From Camelus dromedarius (taxonomy: Eukaryota), in contig NC_087436.1 of NCBI RefSeq assembly GCF_036321535.1, positions 123,072,001 through 123,136,000 of the forward strand: DNA of 64,000 bases, in the 5' to 3' direction. This document shows, in pieces, positions 11,720-23,507 of the stretch (positions are counted from its first letter, which is position 1; every line of letters begins with the position of its first letter). A program made the position numbers and the translations under genes. Below the pieces are notes generated by a model, which had not been told where the DNA came from, made no database searches, and worked only from the letters and a program-made list of their open reading frames with translations.

Positions 11720-12429
11720 CCTGAGGGGAGATGGGGAAAGCCTGGGGCAGAGACATACACAGAAACCAGAATTGTGGGGAGGGGTAGAGCTGTGCCCAGG
11801 ACTGTTGCTGAGGGCACACCGAGGTGGGGTTGCACCACACCCACCTAGAAGTGACCACTGGACATGGAGCATGGCCACATGTCACCAGACCAAGGATCTG
11901 GGCTGCACAGAGCAATGACTTCTCTCCACCCCTGTGGGCCTCTCCGGGGGCTCCCGGACCACCACCTAAGCTAGGCTGAGGATGGTGCCAGCTGCCCTAC
12001 AAGGTGGAACTACAGGAGGGTGGAGCCAGGGGCAGCATGGGGTCTCAGCCTTAGCACTCGCCAAGAGAAATGCGACTTTCCCCCTCCCCCTTGCTCCCTC
12101 TCCTGCAGTTCCCCTCCCCCTAGGGTGGCCCTTCAGTCCAGGCCTTTGCCATTGTCCCCACCTTCTCCGTGAGGGTCTCCCCACCCCTTCTGGCACCCTC
12201 CTGGGTGGGGATTTCTCCTTCTGGGGGTCTTGATGACTACTGGCCCCCGTGGACGCCTTTCTCAACCATGGGTGCTGCCTCTTGAGGCCTCTCAGCCCAT
12301 TCTGCAAACGTAGGTTGGGTCCGGCTGGCCCAGGTCCTGCGAGCACCCCTCCCGGGGCTGGAGGCAGGATCCTGGACCCTCGGGGGTCCCCAGCCCCTGC
12401 CTGATCCCTGCCTGCCCTGTCCCCTGCAG

Positions 12430-12627
12430 TACGGCATCAAGAAAAAGGAGGAGCGTGAGGCCGAGGCCCAGGCAGCCATGGAGGCCAATTCGGAGGGCAG
12501 CCTGACTCGGCCCAAGAAGGCCATCCCACCAGGCTGCGGGGACGAGCCCGAGGAGGAGGACGAGAGCATCCTGGACACAGTCATCAAGTACCTGCCTGGG
12601 CCGCTGCAGGACATGTTCAAGAAGTAA
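12430..12627 (+). CDS. CPLX1: Complexin-1, last coding exon (aa 70-134 plus stop)
   Basis: Acceptor cctgcag| at 12429. Translates [65 protein letters not shown] then TAA (12625-12627), in frame with the previous exon. No CAAX box, unlike CPLX3/4. Confidence 0.97.
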   Translation, partial: YGIKKKEEREAEAQAAMEANSEGSLTRPKKAIPPGCGDEPEEEDESILDTVIKYLPGPLQDMFKK

Positions 12628-14340
12628 AGCCCCAGAGCTGGACAGCACCCGCCCCCTCGCCCCCCATCCTGCCCTCCGCGGAGGCCCCCGAGGGGGTGTC
12701 GGGAGCAGAGTGCACCCCCAGCGCCAATACAAGCCATAGTCCTAGGTCTCTCCCCATATTCCCCCGCTCAGGCCGTGGGACCCTCCGCCCACCCCTCACC
12801 CCCACCCCTCCCCGCACTGCCGTTGCCACCGCCACGGAGGGAGGGGCGCCCGCCACCCCCCCCCCCCCCCCCGCCTCTGCCCCTGCCCAGGGCCGCTGTG
12901 TTCTGTGCTGGAGGCCCTGGGCTGGCCAACCTGCTCCCCTGGCAGCCGGTGGAGTGGACCCTCCCCCAGAGCCTGGGAAGCCCCTTCCGGTTCCCACCTC
13001 CCACCTTCACCGCCCACCTAGCAGCACTGAGGCTGGGGCCAGCGAAGGGGCCAGCCCCTCCTCCACCCCTGCGTCGGTGGGCGTGGGCGGGGGCCCATAC
13101 TCAGGAGCACAGCCATAGTCGGGGGAGGCTGGGCGGTCGTGCCAGCTGGGGTGGGGGCTGGGAGAGGCGAGCCGCTGGCACCTGGGGCTCAGCCCCCTGC
13201 GGATCAGCCAGGACCCCAACCCCTCCTCCTGCACTGACCCTGGGTTGCTGTGTCTGCATCTTCCTGAAGGCTGGTCGCCTGCCCTCCACCTCTCCATGCA
13301 CACCCGACCTTCTTCGTCAGTCTGTCTCTCTGCCCTCCCCTCTCCCTCTCCGGCCCACTCCTCTGGAAGGCTTTGCTTCTTAGGAATGCTATGGCCCTGT
13401 CTCTTCTCAAGTTAGGGACACAAAGCAATAGGCTAAGGGGGAAATTCTCAGGCCCTTCTCCCCTTGTGGCACACACACGGAGTCCCTCACACACCCTGTA
13501 ACTCGAGTTCCCCCTGAGTCTGGGGGCCCAGCTGAGCCCAGCCCACTCCCCTCCCTGGTTGGCACCTTCTGTCTTGTCCGGAGCTGCTTTTGTGCGGGGG
13601 GGGGGATGCCCTGCCCTCACCCTCCAAAGATCCACTCCTTCAACCAGAACTGGGGAGGTGACCCAGAGACCCCGGGATCATGTGCTGTGCGGAGACACTG
13701 CGCTGGTGCAGGCCCCTGAGCTGGGGCCGGGGCGGACCACCCAACCAGAGTTTGAGGGTAACAGCCACGGGGACCCCCACGCCAGCCTCCCAAACCCTCC
13801 TGTTTCCTCGGCCCTTGTTTAGTTTGCATCACAATATGTTGAATCTCAGGTAAATGAGGTCTTCTGTATTTGAGAAGTTTTATCTAGACAGAAAGCCCCT
13901 GGCCTCGGCCCGGTCCCAGGGCCCTTTCTGTCCACATCAGAAGTTCATTGTGTCCACGTGTCGCGGGCCAGGGGCGTGGCCCTCCCTAGCTCTTAGAGAA
14001 GCCATAACGATTAGCCTGCAATACTAACTCCTGCCGCCCCTCTGGTCGTAGGCGCGGGAGCGGGTCCAAGCGCCCCACCTCCTTCCCGCCCACGTCGTTT
14101 TAAAATTCCTGTTTTCACACTTTAAAAAGCCAGCTCTGAGCAGACAAAGCGCTGTCTCGTAGAAACTCTGCATCCCGTTCCCAGCGTGTGGGGTGCCCAG
14201 CAGCCGCGCTTGGTGTAGACCATGGGTGTCCTCTGTCCGTCTGTCCTGGCGCCTGCGCCTCCTCCTGCATGTCGGGGGCCGCTGTGTTTGTTCTCTCTGG
14301 ATAGAATCACAGCCAATAAACACCACAGTGATTTCAGGCC
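12628..14340 (+). other. CPLX1: CPLX1 3'UTR (~1.7 kb)
   Basis: Runs from the stop codon to the first AATAAA I found. Contains a C17 run (12856-12872) and miRNA seed matches. The 3' end is approximate. Confidence 0.8.
14315..14320 (+). terminator. CPLX1 polyadenylation signal AATAAA
   Basis: AGCCAATAAACACC followed about 20 nt later by the GU-rich GTGTGGCCGTTCTCT. Confidence 0.8.
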
Positions 14341-15404
14341 GTGTGGCCGTTCTCTCAGGAGTCCTGACTCCCCCAGGGAGGCAGGCGATGGGAGTACGGG
14401 GTGCTGGAGGGTACAGCTGGAGTCCTGGGGAGGGGGACAGAGCCCACAGGGATCCACACTCTCTGGGCCCTGTGGGACGGCCCTCACTTGCCCCCATGCC
14501 CTGCCGTCCCAGTCTCCATCTGAAACACAGATCGGCCCCTCCCTGAGAGCCCCCACCCCTCCAAGTCTCCCACCTGCACAGACCCCATCACGGGTCTTTC
14601 CTGCCCCACAGCTGCACCAGGTCCCACTATACTGGCCACACCTTGGGCCCACCGGGGAACTGATGCTCAGCCCTGAGGGTCCTGGCCCTCGTCTCTCCTG
14701 GATGGCCACCTCTCCTCCCTGTGCCCTCAGGGAGGCCCCCGTGTTCCACTTCCTGCAGGTGATACCTGCCCTTCTGGCTGAGGCCGTTGAGACGCCTGTG
14801 GGACCTGCTGGCTCTGGGGCCTGGCCCAGGGCACACCAACCCCCACCCAAACAACAACACTGCCACCTTCCTTTTGGGCCCCTGCCCAAGGCCCACCCCA
14901 AGATGCCATGGCCACTTGTCCCCAGGAAGACCTTGTTTGACCTCCATCTCTGGGGGCCTCTCTCCAGGGAGGTGAGTCACTGTGATTTTCCTCACACTGG
15001 TGGCTGGGAATGCACAGGAAGCTTCCACCATATCTGTCCTGTTTCAGTGAACAGAAAGGCCACTCTTGTCCCCCTCCCCTCACCACCGCTTCCCACCCCA
15101 CTAAGCTGTGCCTAGAATACTGCCCTGGACTCATTACCCTCTTGCCTCTGCCTCAGAACTTGGACAGAAGCCTTTGTCACCAACTCTGGCTTTGGGCTGT
15201 ACAAGGACACCCCAAATTGCACCCACCATCACCCTCCACTCCCTCCCCCAGCACCACAGCCTAGCCTGGACTCATCTCAGTCCTGAGCAACAGGGACCTG
15301 GATTGCCCACCCTGGGACCCCCAGCCAGTCTTTCCTCGGTGACCGGTTGCGCAGACCCCTTAGGTGATGGGTCCGAGGACGCCAGGGAAAGGCACTTGCT
15401 CTCC

Positions 15405-15720
15405 TGACGTCTGCTGAGCCCTGAGATATGCAGAGTTCTGTTCTAGGCACTGGGGATAACTGAGGTTCACTGGCAGGAGACAGAAGGTAAATTAATTACG
15501 TAGTAAGTCAAGCGGTGATTTCTTCTTCGGAGGAAATTAAGCAGAGAGTATGGTGAGGGTTGCTATTTGACCTCTGAGGAGGTGACGTGAGCAGAAAGAC
15601 CCTAAGCAAGGAGTGGGGAGCCCTGTGGGCCTCGGGTGGGAGAACGTTCCAGGAAAGGAACAGCCGGCCCTGCGGGAGGCAGCAGCTGGGGCTGAGCACT
15701 ACAGAGAAGGTGACACAGCC
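15405..15720 (-). mobile_element. L2 fragment
   Basis: CTGTTCTAGGCACTGGGGATAAC...GAGGAGGTGACGTGAGCAGAAAGACC...GAACGTTCCAGGAAAGGAACAGC resembles antisense L2. Confidence 0.65.
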
Positions 15721-16059
15721 TTGCCTCCGGATGCTTGCTTTAGACCACACCGTCACTTAGCAGAGTCTCTTTCCTTTCGGAACATTTAACTCTGCTCTGA
15801 CAAAGCAGAGCACCGTTTGACGCTGGTGCCCTCCAGAGACATCCTCCACCCGGCAGGCGGGCAGGTCCCGCGTCTCCCGGCTCGGACGACCTCCCTCCCA
15901 GGCCCCTGCGGGCAGCCAGCGCCGGCAGCGCTCTGCCTGGGTTTGCGGCGTCTCCCCACAGGCGCCCGCACTCGGTGAGCAGCTTGAGTCAAGAGCCACT
16001 TAACCATCAAGGCTGTCAGGACACAGTTTTAAAGACCTGGCAATTAAGGACATTTTGTC

Positions 16060-16447
16060 AGTTCTGCTAACCCGCAGCGAGACAGCCCTGCTGCCCACAG
16101 TCGCAGCCAGCGGAGCTCAGGGAACCCTGGGTCTGGGCCACCTGCCCACGCAATTTGGAACTCGCTCCACTCGCGTCTCAGCTCGCTCCCGCCGGGCCCG
16201 AAAAGAGGGTAGAGTCTCGGGTGAAGGAGGTTCCCCGGGAGCCGGGCTCGACCTTGGGCCGAGGGGCGGGTGGAGGGGTCCAACCAGGGGCCACGCTTGG
16301 GGCAGGACCTGGGGGCGGGGTGGGGGTCACGCTGCGGGGCGGGGCTGGGGGCGGACCGGGTGCCCTCGGGCTGTGGCGATGCCTGGCCAGTGTCGGCCGA
16401 CAGCTGCGCGGCCCCGAGGATGGAGGCGCCCCACGGCAGGACCCAGC

Positions 16448-16478
<31 letters not shown>

Positions 16479-16820
16479 GCGGGACCCCGGCGAGGCGGCC
16501 CCGCCCCCGCCTGGCCTGTGCCAATTAGCGCGTGCCGGATCGGACCGCTGCGATTGGCTCCGAGGGGGTCACGTGGCCGGAGCCCGGCTACTTCGAGCCC
16601 CGCGACGCCGAGGCAGGAGGGGCTGCGCGCGGCCGGTGGAGGGCTGTCCTTGAGCTGGAACGCGTGTCCTCCCGCACCGTCCTGGCCCTCCCGCGCCCTC
16701 CCCGTGTCCTCCGGGCCCTCCCTGCGCCGGGCTAGTCGAGGCGGAGCGCAGGGCGCCTGCGTCCCACAGACGACCTTGTGGGGTGGGGTCAACCCTCCCG
16801 CCAACCGCCCAGCCCCCACA
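16060..16820. promoter_or_regulatory. Orphan CpG island with promoter architecture (GC boxes, CCAAT boxes, E-box)
   Basis: Very CpG-dense. GGGGCGGGG at about 16312 and 16336, CCAAT at 16521, ATTGG at 16553, GTCACGTGG at 16568. Confidence 0.85.
16448..16477 (+). repeat. (CCG)10 trinucleotide repeat
   Basis: Read directly; uninterrupted. Confidence 0.95.
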
Positions 16821-17879
16821 CTAGTCCTCCAAGGTCGTGGCGCTGGGGGTGTGAGGCCCAGGGGGAGGGCCCAAGCGGGCTGAGAGGTCCATGGCTGTCT
16901 AGGGACAGAGCCTGGGGGCGGGAGGGGTTCCGGCAGGACGTCAGTAGCTGCAGCTGCGGAGGGTGTAGAGGGTAGAGCAGGCTCCAGTGGCCAGTGCTGG
17001 CCGTTAATGGTAGCTTGAGGCTCAGGGAAGTACCAGAGTCCCGGGCACCTAGAGTCCTGTGCTGTCCACGTCCCTTGTCCTTGCAGGTGGAGCCTGGTGG
17101 TGCTCCAGGAACCCCACCCAGAGCTAAGCACCAGCCCCCAGGCCCCAACGGCGCCCTGAGTGATTTCTCTCAGCCCCAGAGGATGCAGCGTGGGAGTGAA
17201 ATTTAGTTTGATTTCTACAAAATAAAACACGATTTCTTGCACCCTCGAGGAAGCACATTGAGGTTTATGCTGTGGAGAGGGCAAAGGATTATGCCAGGAA
17301 AGAGCAGGCTGGCCTGGCAGGGGAAAGACCTGAAGGCTGGGACGGGCTGGGGTGAGGGGTTGGGGAGCCTAGCAAAAGCCCCTGTTTTCGGGAAGCTTCT
17401 GGGAGTAGGAGACCTGGGGGGGCTGGGGGACGTCCTGGGCACCATTCCTGCCATTCCTTCTCCCTAGCTGTCTCCGTCAAGGTTCCCTGTGCAAGGATGG
17501 CTTCTCAGGTACATATTAATGTGTTGTTGACTGGCCTTCAAGCCTGGCCCAAGCGCTGGCCTTTGATTTGCCTCAATCTGCAGGTTCCACTGGTCGCTAA
17601 GCAGAGCTGTTGCTCGTGCAGCTGCAGAGAGAGCTGGCCCACGAGGAGGGCCCTGTGCTCTGTATCCAGGCGGCCAAAACCCGTTTCTTCTCAAAGGAGT
17701 CCTAGACTCTAGGGTTTGTTGGCCAGAAGTCAGCGTCTGCCCACACAAGCCACCAGGCCCTGGCCACATGCCCCATCCACCTCCTGGCCCCTCCCTCACC
17801 CTCCCAGGACTGGGGCCAGACAGTAGGGGCAGGGCCTGGCTGGAACTTCCAGGGTCAGATGGAATCCATACGGATTCTC

Positions 17880-18632
17880 CCACAGTTAATTCCTCAGACA
17901 ATGAGCAGAAATAAAGTTAAATAAATAATCTAAATTCACCAGTCAGGAGGAATTCACTGATGACCAGGGCAGGAATTATTTAAGATGAGCCTGAAAGTAA
18001 GGAAATGCTAAATAGCAAAAACAAACCCATGTCAGAGGACTGAGCTCCCAAATCTGGACCAGTTTTTGCAACAAAGCAAAGTAATGTTGGATTGAACCCA
18101 GGCATAGAATAAATGTCCGTGAGTCCACATTGCCATGAATGACTGAGAAAAATAAATAGATGGGGAAAAGGTGGATCTCCCTTGCAGAAGGATTCTAAGT
18201 ATTTGATGTAGATGCTCTGCCCCCAAGGAGATGGAGTAGGCTCCCCACTCTTCAGTGTGCGCCGCACATCATGACGTCCTCCCTATGGAAAGGGCTGATA
18301 GGATCACTGCAGTGGAAAAACCAGAAAACCACCACCACCCTCAGTGGATCAAGGTCCACGTCGGCGGTGACGGGTCGTTGGTGTTGATGGTAAGTGCCCC
18401 TGAAGTGATGTGGTGAGGGAGGGTACCCCACCTCTGCAGCCCTCCTCCCTGAAATCCACACCCCTAGTCTAACCATGAGAAAAGCATCAGACTAGCCCCG
18501 CTTGAGGGACATTCTATAAAGTAACTGACCAGCACTCCCTAAAACTGTCAAGGTCATAAAAAACAAGGAGTATCTGAGAAAATGTCACAGCCAAGAGGAG
18601 CCCAAGGAGACATGACTCTGAGTATGTGATAT
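17880..18632 (+). mobile_element. Old LINE-1 3'UTR (L1MC/L1MD-like)
   Basis: CTAGTCTAACCATGAGAAAAGCATCAGAC...GAGGGACATTCTATAAA...AAAACTGTCAAGGTCATAAAAAACAAGG...GGAGACATGAC is diagnostic for the L1MC/MD 3' end. Confidence 0.8.
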
Positions 18633-19170
18633 TGTAACCGAGCAGGACCCCATGTCCCCAGCCTGATTCTTATTGGTAGAAAAAGTTTTATCCTCCAGGC
18701 CTTTTCTGAGTTTAAAGGATAAATTTAATCAGAAAAGTGAGAAAATGCAGAAACAAAAGAACACAGTCAAGCAAGACAAAATAATAACATTTAGCCATTA
18801 AACAAAGTCAAGGACCTTTAGTTCCTGCTCAAGGGCTGTAGATAACGTCCTGCACCAGGTCCTCTGAGCTGCTTTGCAGAGACTGGTGGAGACAGGTGGA
18901 AGAAGCTAACTGTGCTGCCCACAAGCACAGAGACTTCAGACCGGTTGGACCCGGAAGGTTGAAGACGTCGACTCCTGATGACTCACCACCCGCCAGTCAG
19001 AAGACCGTCCATGAGCTGACCATGCACCTCACAGCCCCCCTCCCTCACCCTAACTTTAAATTTCCCCGAAGGCCTTCGGGGAGTTGGGGACTTTGGAGCA
19101 TGAGCTACCTGCACTCCGCGCTTGGTGCCTGTGATAAACACTGCACTTTCCTCTACTGTGCGCAGGAACC
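18633..19170 (+). mobile_element. ERV (class I-like) solo LTR
   Basis: Begins TGTAAC where the L1 text breaks. Has a TATA-like CTTTAAA (19054) and a polyA-like GATAAA (19133) in LTR order. The 3' boundary is uncertain. Confidence 0.6.
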
Positions 19171-19459
19171 GTGTGTTCTCTCTGGGCAGCAGGACGCGTG
19201 GGCTCTCAGAGTCCTGTCCGGCCTCTGTGCCCAACGACCAACTGAAGAAGTTCTGCATCCGAGGTCACGTCAGCCCATGATGGTGCAGGACTGGGGCTGG
19301 GGAGGGGACGGCCTGACCGCGGCACGCGTGTGCACGTGTGTGCGTGTGCTGTGCACCTGTGCACGTGCATGCGGTCCTCACTGGCACTGGGAGGGGGGAG
19401 ATTTTTTGTTATAGTGTGTTACACTGTATCTTACATAACAAAGGTCCAGCCTGGGAGAA

Positions 19460-22400
19460 TTAGGTAACTTTTTCTTTTGCTTTTATTACAAGCATATAAT
19501 ATTAATTGGCAAAACACTGAATACAAGCTTCACTATCATAAAATCAAAACATTTAAGCAATATTCCAAAAAAGATTTTAGACAAAAACTAGCCACCAATA
19601 GTACAAAAATTACACACCAACACAAAGCATAAAAAATGTAAACTTTCAAAATAAACAGTCAAAAACGTGTCTGTAGTGTCACCTCCATAACCCTCCCCAG
19701 CTTCCAAGTGGCCACTCGGACGCCCGGGCTTGGCGGCGAGCTCTTGCCCCAAACACCACGTCGTCGGGGAAAGAACAGTCTTCTTAGGCCCAATTAAGTT
19801 GTTGGAATAGACATTTCCACTAATGCCACACACATTTTAGGGGACGCTCAAGCTTTGGTCCCTCAGGTGTGCTCTTGGCGAGGTGACTCACGAGCTGGCG
19901 GAGAGCGGTCGGCCCTGCAGGGACAGGTCATGGTGAAGGCTCTGGGGCTGGAATAGGTTTCTAACCGGCTTATCCCAACTTAGTTTGTTAAATGCCAAGG
20001 CAGAGAAACACACTGGTCTAGCACTGGAAGTTCACGAGTGATGTGGGGAAGTGAAATGATTTCCTGAGGAAACAGACGAACTGCACTGTTCGTGATTTCT
20101 CTGTCTGCACTACATTTATTTTCAGAGTCTGCGAGCACATCAGACGTTTACGTACAAAGTAGAAGCTGGCTCTTTCCTAGAACATTCAATCCAATGACAC
20201 TTTTCAAAATCACTGCAAAATCCATCCTGGGGGCTTTGAGGAAAAAAATTAACGAATTTCCAAGACTTCAAATGCCACGGGGAGGCGTCAAGGCCGCAGG
20301 CCCAGGGAAAGTAGCGCCCTCACCCCCGTGGGGGAAGGGGTGGTGCGTCCCGGGCCACCTGCATGGGCCCTCCCTGCACAGTCCCCGTAAAGCATTATTA
20401 CAGTAACAGCTACAGAGAAGGAAAAGTCAGACAGCTGGAGGTGCATGTTCTCAAAGTCCACCCACATTCCCTTTCGATTCAGCAGAAAGATACTACATCA
20501 CAATTTAAACGTGTGTCTATGGATGCGTGTTGGAGCCCTATTGCACAAAAGCAGAAAATGCTCTTCATCCACATAAAACAAAACACACAAATTAAAAGCT
20601 ACTCAAAGTAAAAATAAGAAGCTTGCAAAACATCTCACAATTTCATTTTATATGCCTGTAAATAAAGCTGGACCACTGAAACCAAACAAGTGGATGGGAA
20701 AATATGATAGAAGGCTTAAAATAGAATAAATAATTTTATAAAGTTAAGTTTTCTTTTTCTTAACCCCCCCAAATCTTAAATTCAATATTATATATTCTAT
20801 CTGTGTTTTCTATTTTCATGAAAACTGTATCTAGTGAGACTGTGCACAGGTGACAGGTCCCACTGTTGAAGAGGACGCCGTTATGCAGCCGAACGGCATG
20901 TGTTTCACCAGCATAAACAGTTGTGAAAATGATTTCACAGTAACTCCATCTGTTAAAAAAAAACTTAATAGGATCCAGTCACTAACTGATCCTGGCTTTC
21001 ATGCTGGAAAAAATAAAACTCTTGCCTTTGACGTTACATGGAAGCGTGAGAGCAGTGACAGGGCCCAGCAGGCGCTTCCCCGGGACGGAGAGGCCCACGC
21101 GCTCCAGCCCTCGGGGCTGCGGTCAGACTGGGGGCCGTGACCACCGGGGTCTCGGGCAGCGAGGACGGTCTGCACGAGGAAATGTTAGAAAAACAGGTAC
21201 TTCTGCTGCTGAGGTCTCATCAGGTTAGCACAATTACGGACGCGGGGTCAGCAGGAGAGGTCCGACCCCCTCCACCTTCTGTGTGAGTACGTCAGCTTAG
21301 CACCATAGCAAACTCAAGTGGCTTCAAGGAGAGCTACAAAGTGCAAGTGTGAGGCTGTTACAGCGGCGCTCGTTTTAGTCTGACCTGTGAATTCGTTTTG
21401 GGTCTGGAGGTCCTACTGTTCGCCCTTCCTTCCTTTCACCACATGGGAAAGTACCTAGATTCTAACGTCACACTTGAACTGCGCTGTGGCGACTTACGGT
21501 CTTACGGAGCGCTTCAGCAGAAGTGTGTATCTGAGGTAGACGGGCAATATTTACTCATACACATCTGCTCATTAAACCCTTGCAGTAACTCTAAAAAGTG
21601 ATTTGGATGGATAGCGAGCTTAGGGAATTGAATAATTCAAACATCACTGGGCGGAATGGGCTGAAATAAAGAGGTGACTTTGGCCCAATTCTGAACAGAA
21701 TCTTGTCTTTATGTTTTTGAAAGGCCTTATATTAAAACCACTAGGCCTGAGTTGGTCTGGATGTTTCCCTCATCACTGAGGACCTGGGTTGGCACTTGTG
21801 CACGTGAAACAGGAAGCGGGAGAAAACAGACAAACTGACCACTTCCAAAGCAAATTCAAGAAGAGGTCTAGTCACTAAGGTGAAATTCATCACGGAAAAC
21901 CCAGCCCACACTGTCAGGACCACCTACCAAACAAAGGCGCCCAGACCCCGGGGTCTGGGGGAGACAGAGGATGGCGAGCCCACAGTTCCACAGGAAGCCA
22001 GCCGACTCACAGATGGGGTCGGGGTCGGGCTCCCACTGCCCAGGAGAGGCCTGCCCCTCGTTCCTGCCTTTACATGCCAAGTTACAATTGTAAAGGAACA
22101 AAATTCTATGTGCTGGCAAAGAGTTTATTCTCCAATTCCACAAAAATATTAACATTTGGGAGGAGAAAAGGTTAACAAAGGGTGTGCTGCCTCGAGTTTA
22201 GGTCATTAAGTAACTGAGAAAGCAGCTTCCGCTGCCCGCCCCATCCTCACCCACCTCCAAGGGTGGACAGTGGGAACCGGGTCCACAAATCTGGGCTCCG
22301 GCTGCAAACTTGCCCATTGGCACCAGCCCCTTGCCCACCAGAGGCGCCGACTCAGAAAGGCCTGCACGCCGCCACCATCCACCTCTTCAGCAAGAGGCAG

Positions 22401-22979
22401 GAAACTACACAACCTGTGCCTGTTTAACAGAAGCAGTTTTTACGAACAAGATTTGTTCTGCAAACTGGCGTCGCGCTGCTCAAAGCACCTCCGGCGACTG
22501 TGCGGGAGGCGAGGCAGGCCCCCCTGCATCCCCCCCGCCCAGGGCTGTGAAGTCGCTTGGCTAATGTATTCATGGAAACCTCTTTTGGTACGCTTTTAAA
22601 TGAAATTTTTATATATCTTCCAAGTCTTCAGGAAGGTAAAGGCAACATAAATATTGTCATTCACCATGAAAAGACATTTTTTTCAATAACTTAGGAAGGG
22701 TTCAATAAACGTACAAGTGTTTTGGGGGCTTGTCATGAAACCTGATTCATAAACTGAACGAAAGTATCGGCGATCTTCAAGGCCTGGAAAGAAGCAAAGG
22801 TAAGGAGGCAGGAGGAAGCCCCTCCAGTCCGGACCCAGGCGCCCGCAGCCCCGGTGCTGGTAGTGTCTTGTCGAGGGCGGGTCTCGTACGAAAGTCATAA
22901 ACACTCTGCTCAGAAGCCTGGTCCGCGTGGCGCCGGGGCCACGTCCTGCGTGTCAGTCCCGCCTGGCCCCGTGCCCGGC
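19460..22979 (-). other. PCGF3: PCGF3 3'UTR (~3.5 kb)
   Basis: AU-rich blocks with no recognisable repeats between the stop codon and the distal AATAAA. Confidence 0.75.
19482..19487 (-). terminator. PCGF3 distal polyadenylation signal AATAAA
   Basis: Plus strand TTTATT at the end of the AU-rich 3'UTR. The minus strand downstream is U/GU-rich (CTTTGTTATGT). Confidence 0.75.
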
Positions 22980-23027
22980 TCACAGGAGGTCCATCTTGGG
23001 TCTGTAGTGCAGCAGCAGCGGCGCCTT
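22980..23027 (-). CDS. PCGF3: PCGF3 coding exon 8 (last): KAPLLLHYRPKMDLL*
   Basis: Acceptor ttacag|AAG; TGA at 22982-22980; 48 nt. Confidence 0.96.
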   Translation of the reverse strand, partial: KAPLLLHYRPKMDLL

Positions 23028-23426
23028 CTGTAAGACGACGCAGGGGTGAGGGCGACGGGGCACAGGGGCCACCAGAAGAGGACCCACGCCCCCACACTCT
23101 GCCCCGGCTGTCTCCCCCCTTCTCCCCGGAGGCTGCGAGTGGGAGAGACCCCGGCCAGCCCTTGGGGACACATCTGCTTTCTGCTTCAGAAAGAGGCACC
23201 AAAGGCCTGAGGGTACCTCTGATGGCAGTGGTCCCTCCTCCCCAGGACCCTGGTCACCTTGCCTGCGGACTGTGCCTTCCCCGGGGCAACTCTGGGGTTG
23301 GTGATTTCAGAATGACTGAGTTCAAAACAATTCGTAAGCTCTCAAATGAAAATACGCACAAAAAAGCAGCCACTATTCAGAGCAGGTCCTGAAAATCAAA
23401 TAAAGCTTATCAGGGCAGGGTCTCAC

Positions 23427-23507
23427 CTTGAATCTCCACCTTGTGACGACTACGAACTTGAGTGTGTGGTCCTTGCCCAGGATCTCCTCATTGCATAGAA
23501 TGTCCAG
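23427..23507 (-). CDS. PCGF3: PCGF3 coding exon 7: LDILCNEEILGKDHTLKFVVVTRWRFK (RAWUL domain)
   Basis: Acceptor ccag|CTG, donor AAG|gtgaga; 81 nt. Not present in the ORF track. Confidence 0.96.

Noticed and set aside
14122..15115. 259-aa and 297-aa ORFs at the CPLX1 3' end
   Set aside because: They straddle the polyA site, have the Pro/Gly/Arg bias of chance GC-rich ORFs and show no homology I recognise.
16178..17284. 368-aa ORF and overlapping frames with poly-Arg, poly-Pro or poly-Ala
   Set aside because: Stop-poor CpG island plus (CCG)10 opens several frames; low complexity and no recognisable domain.
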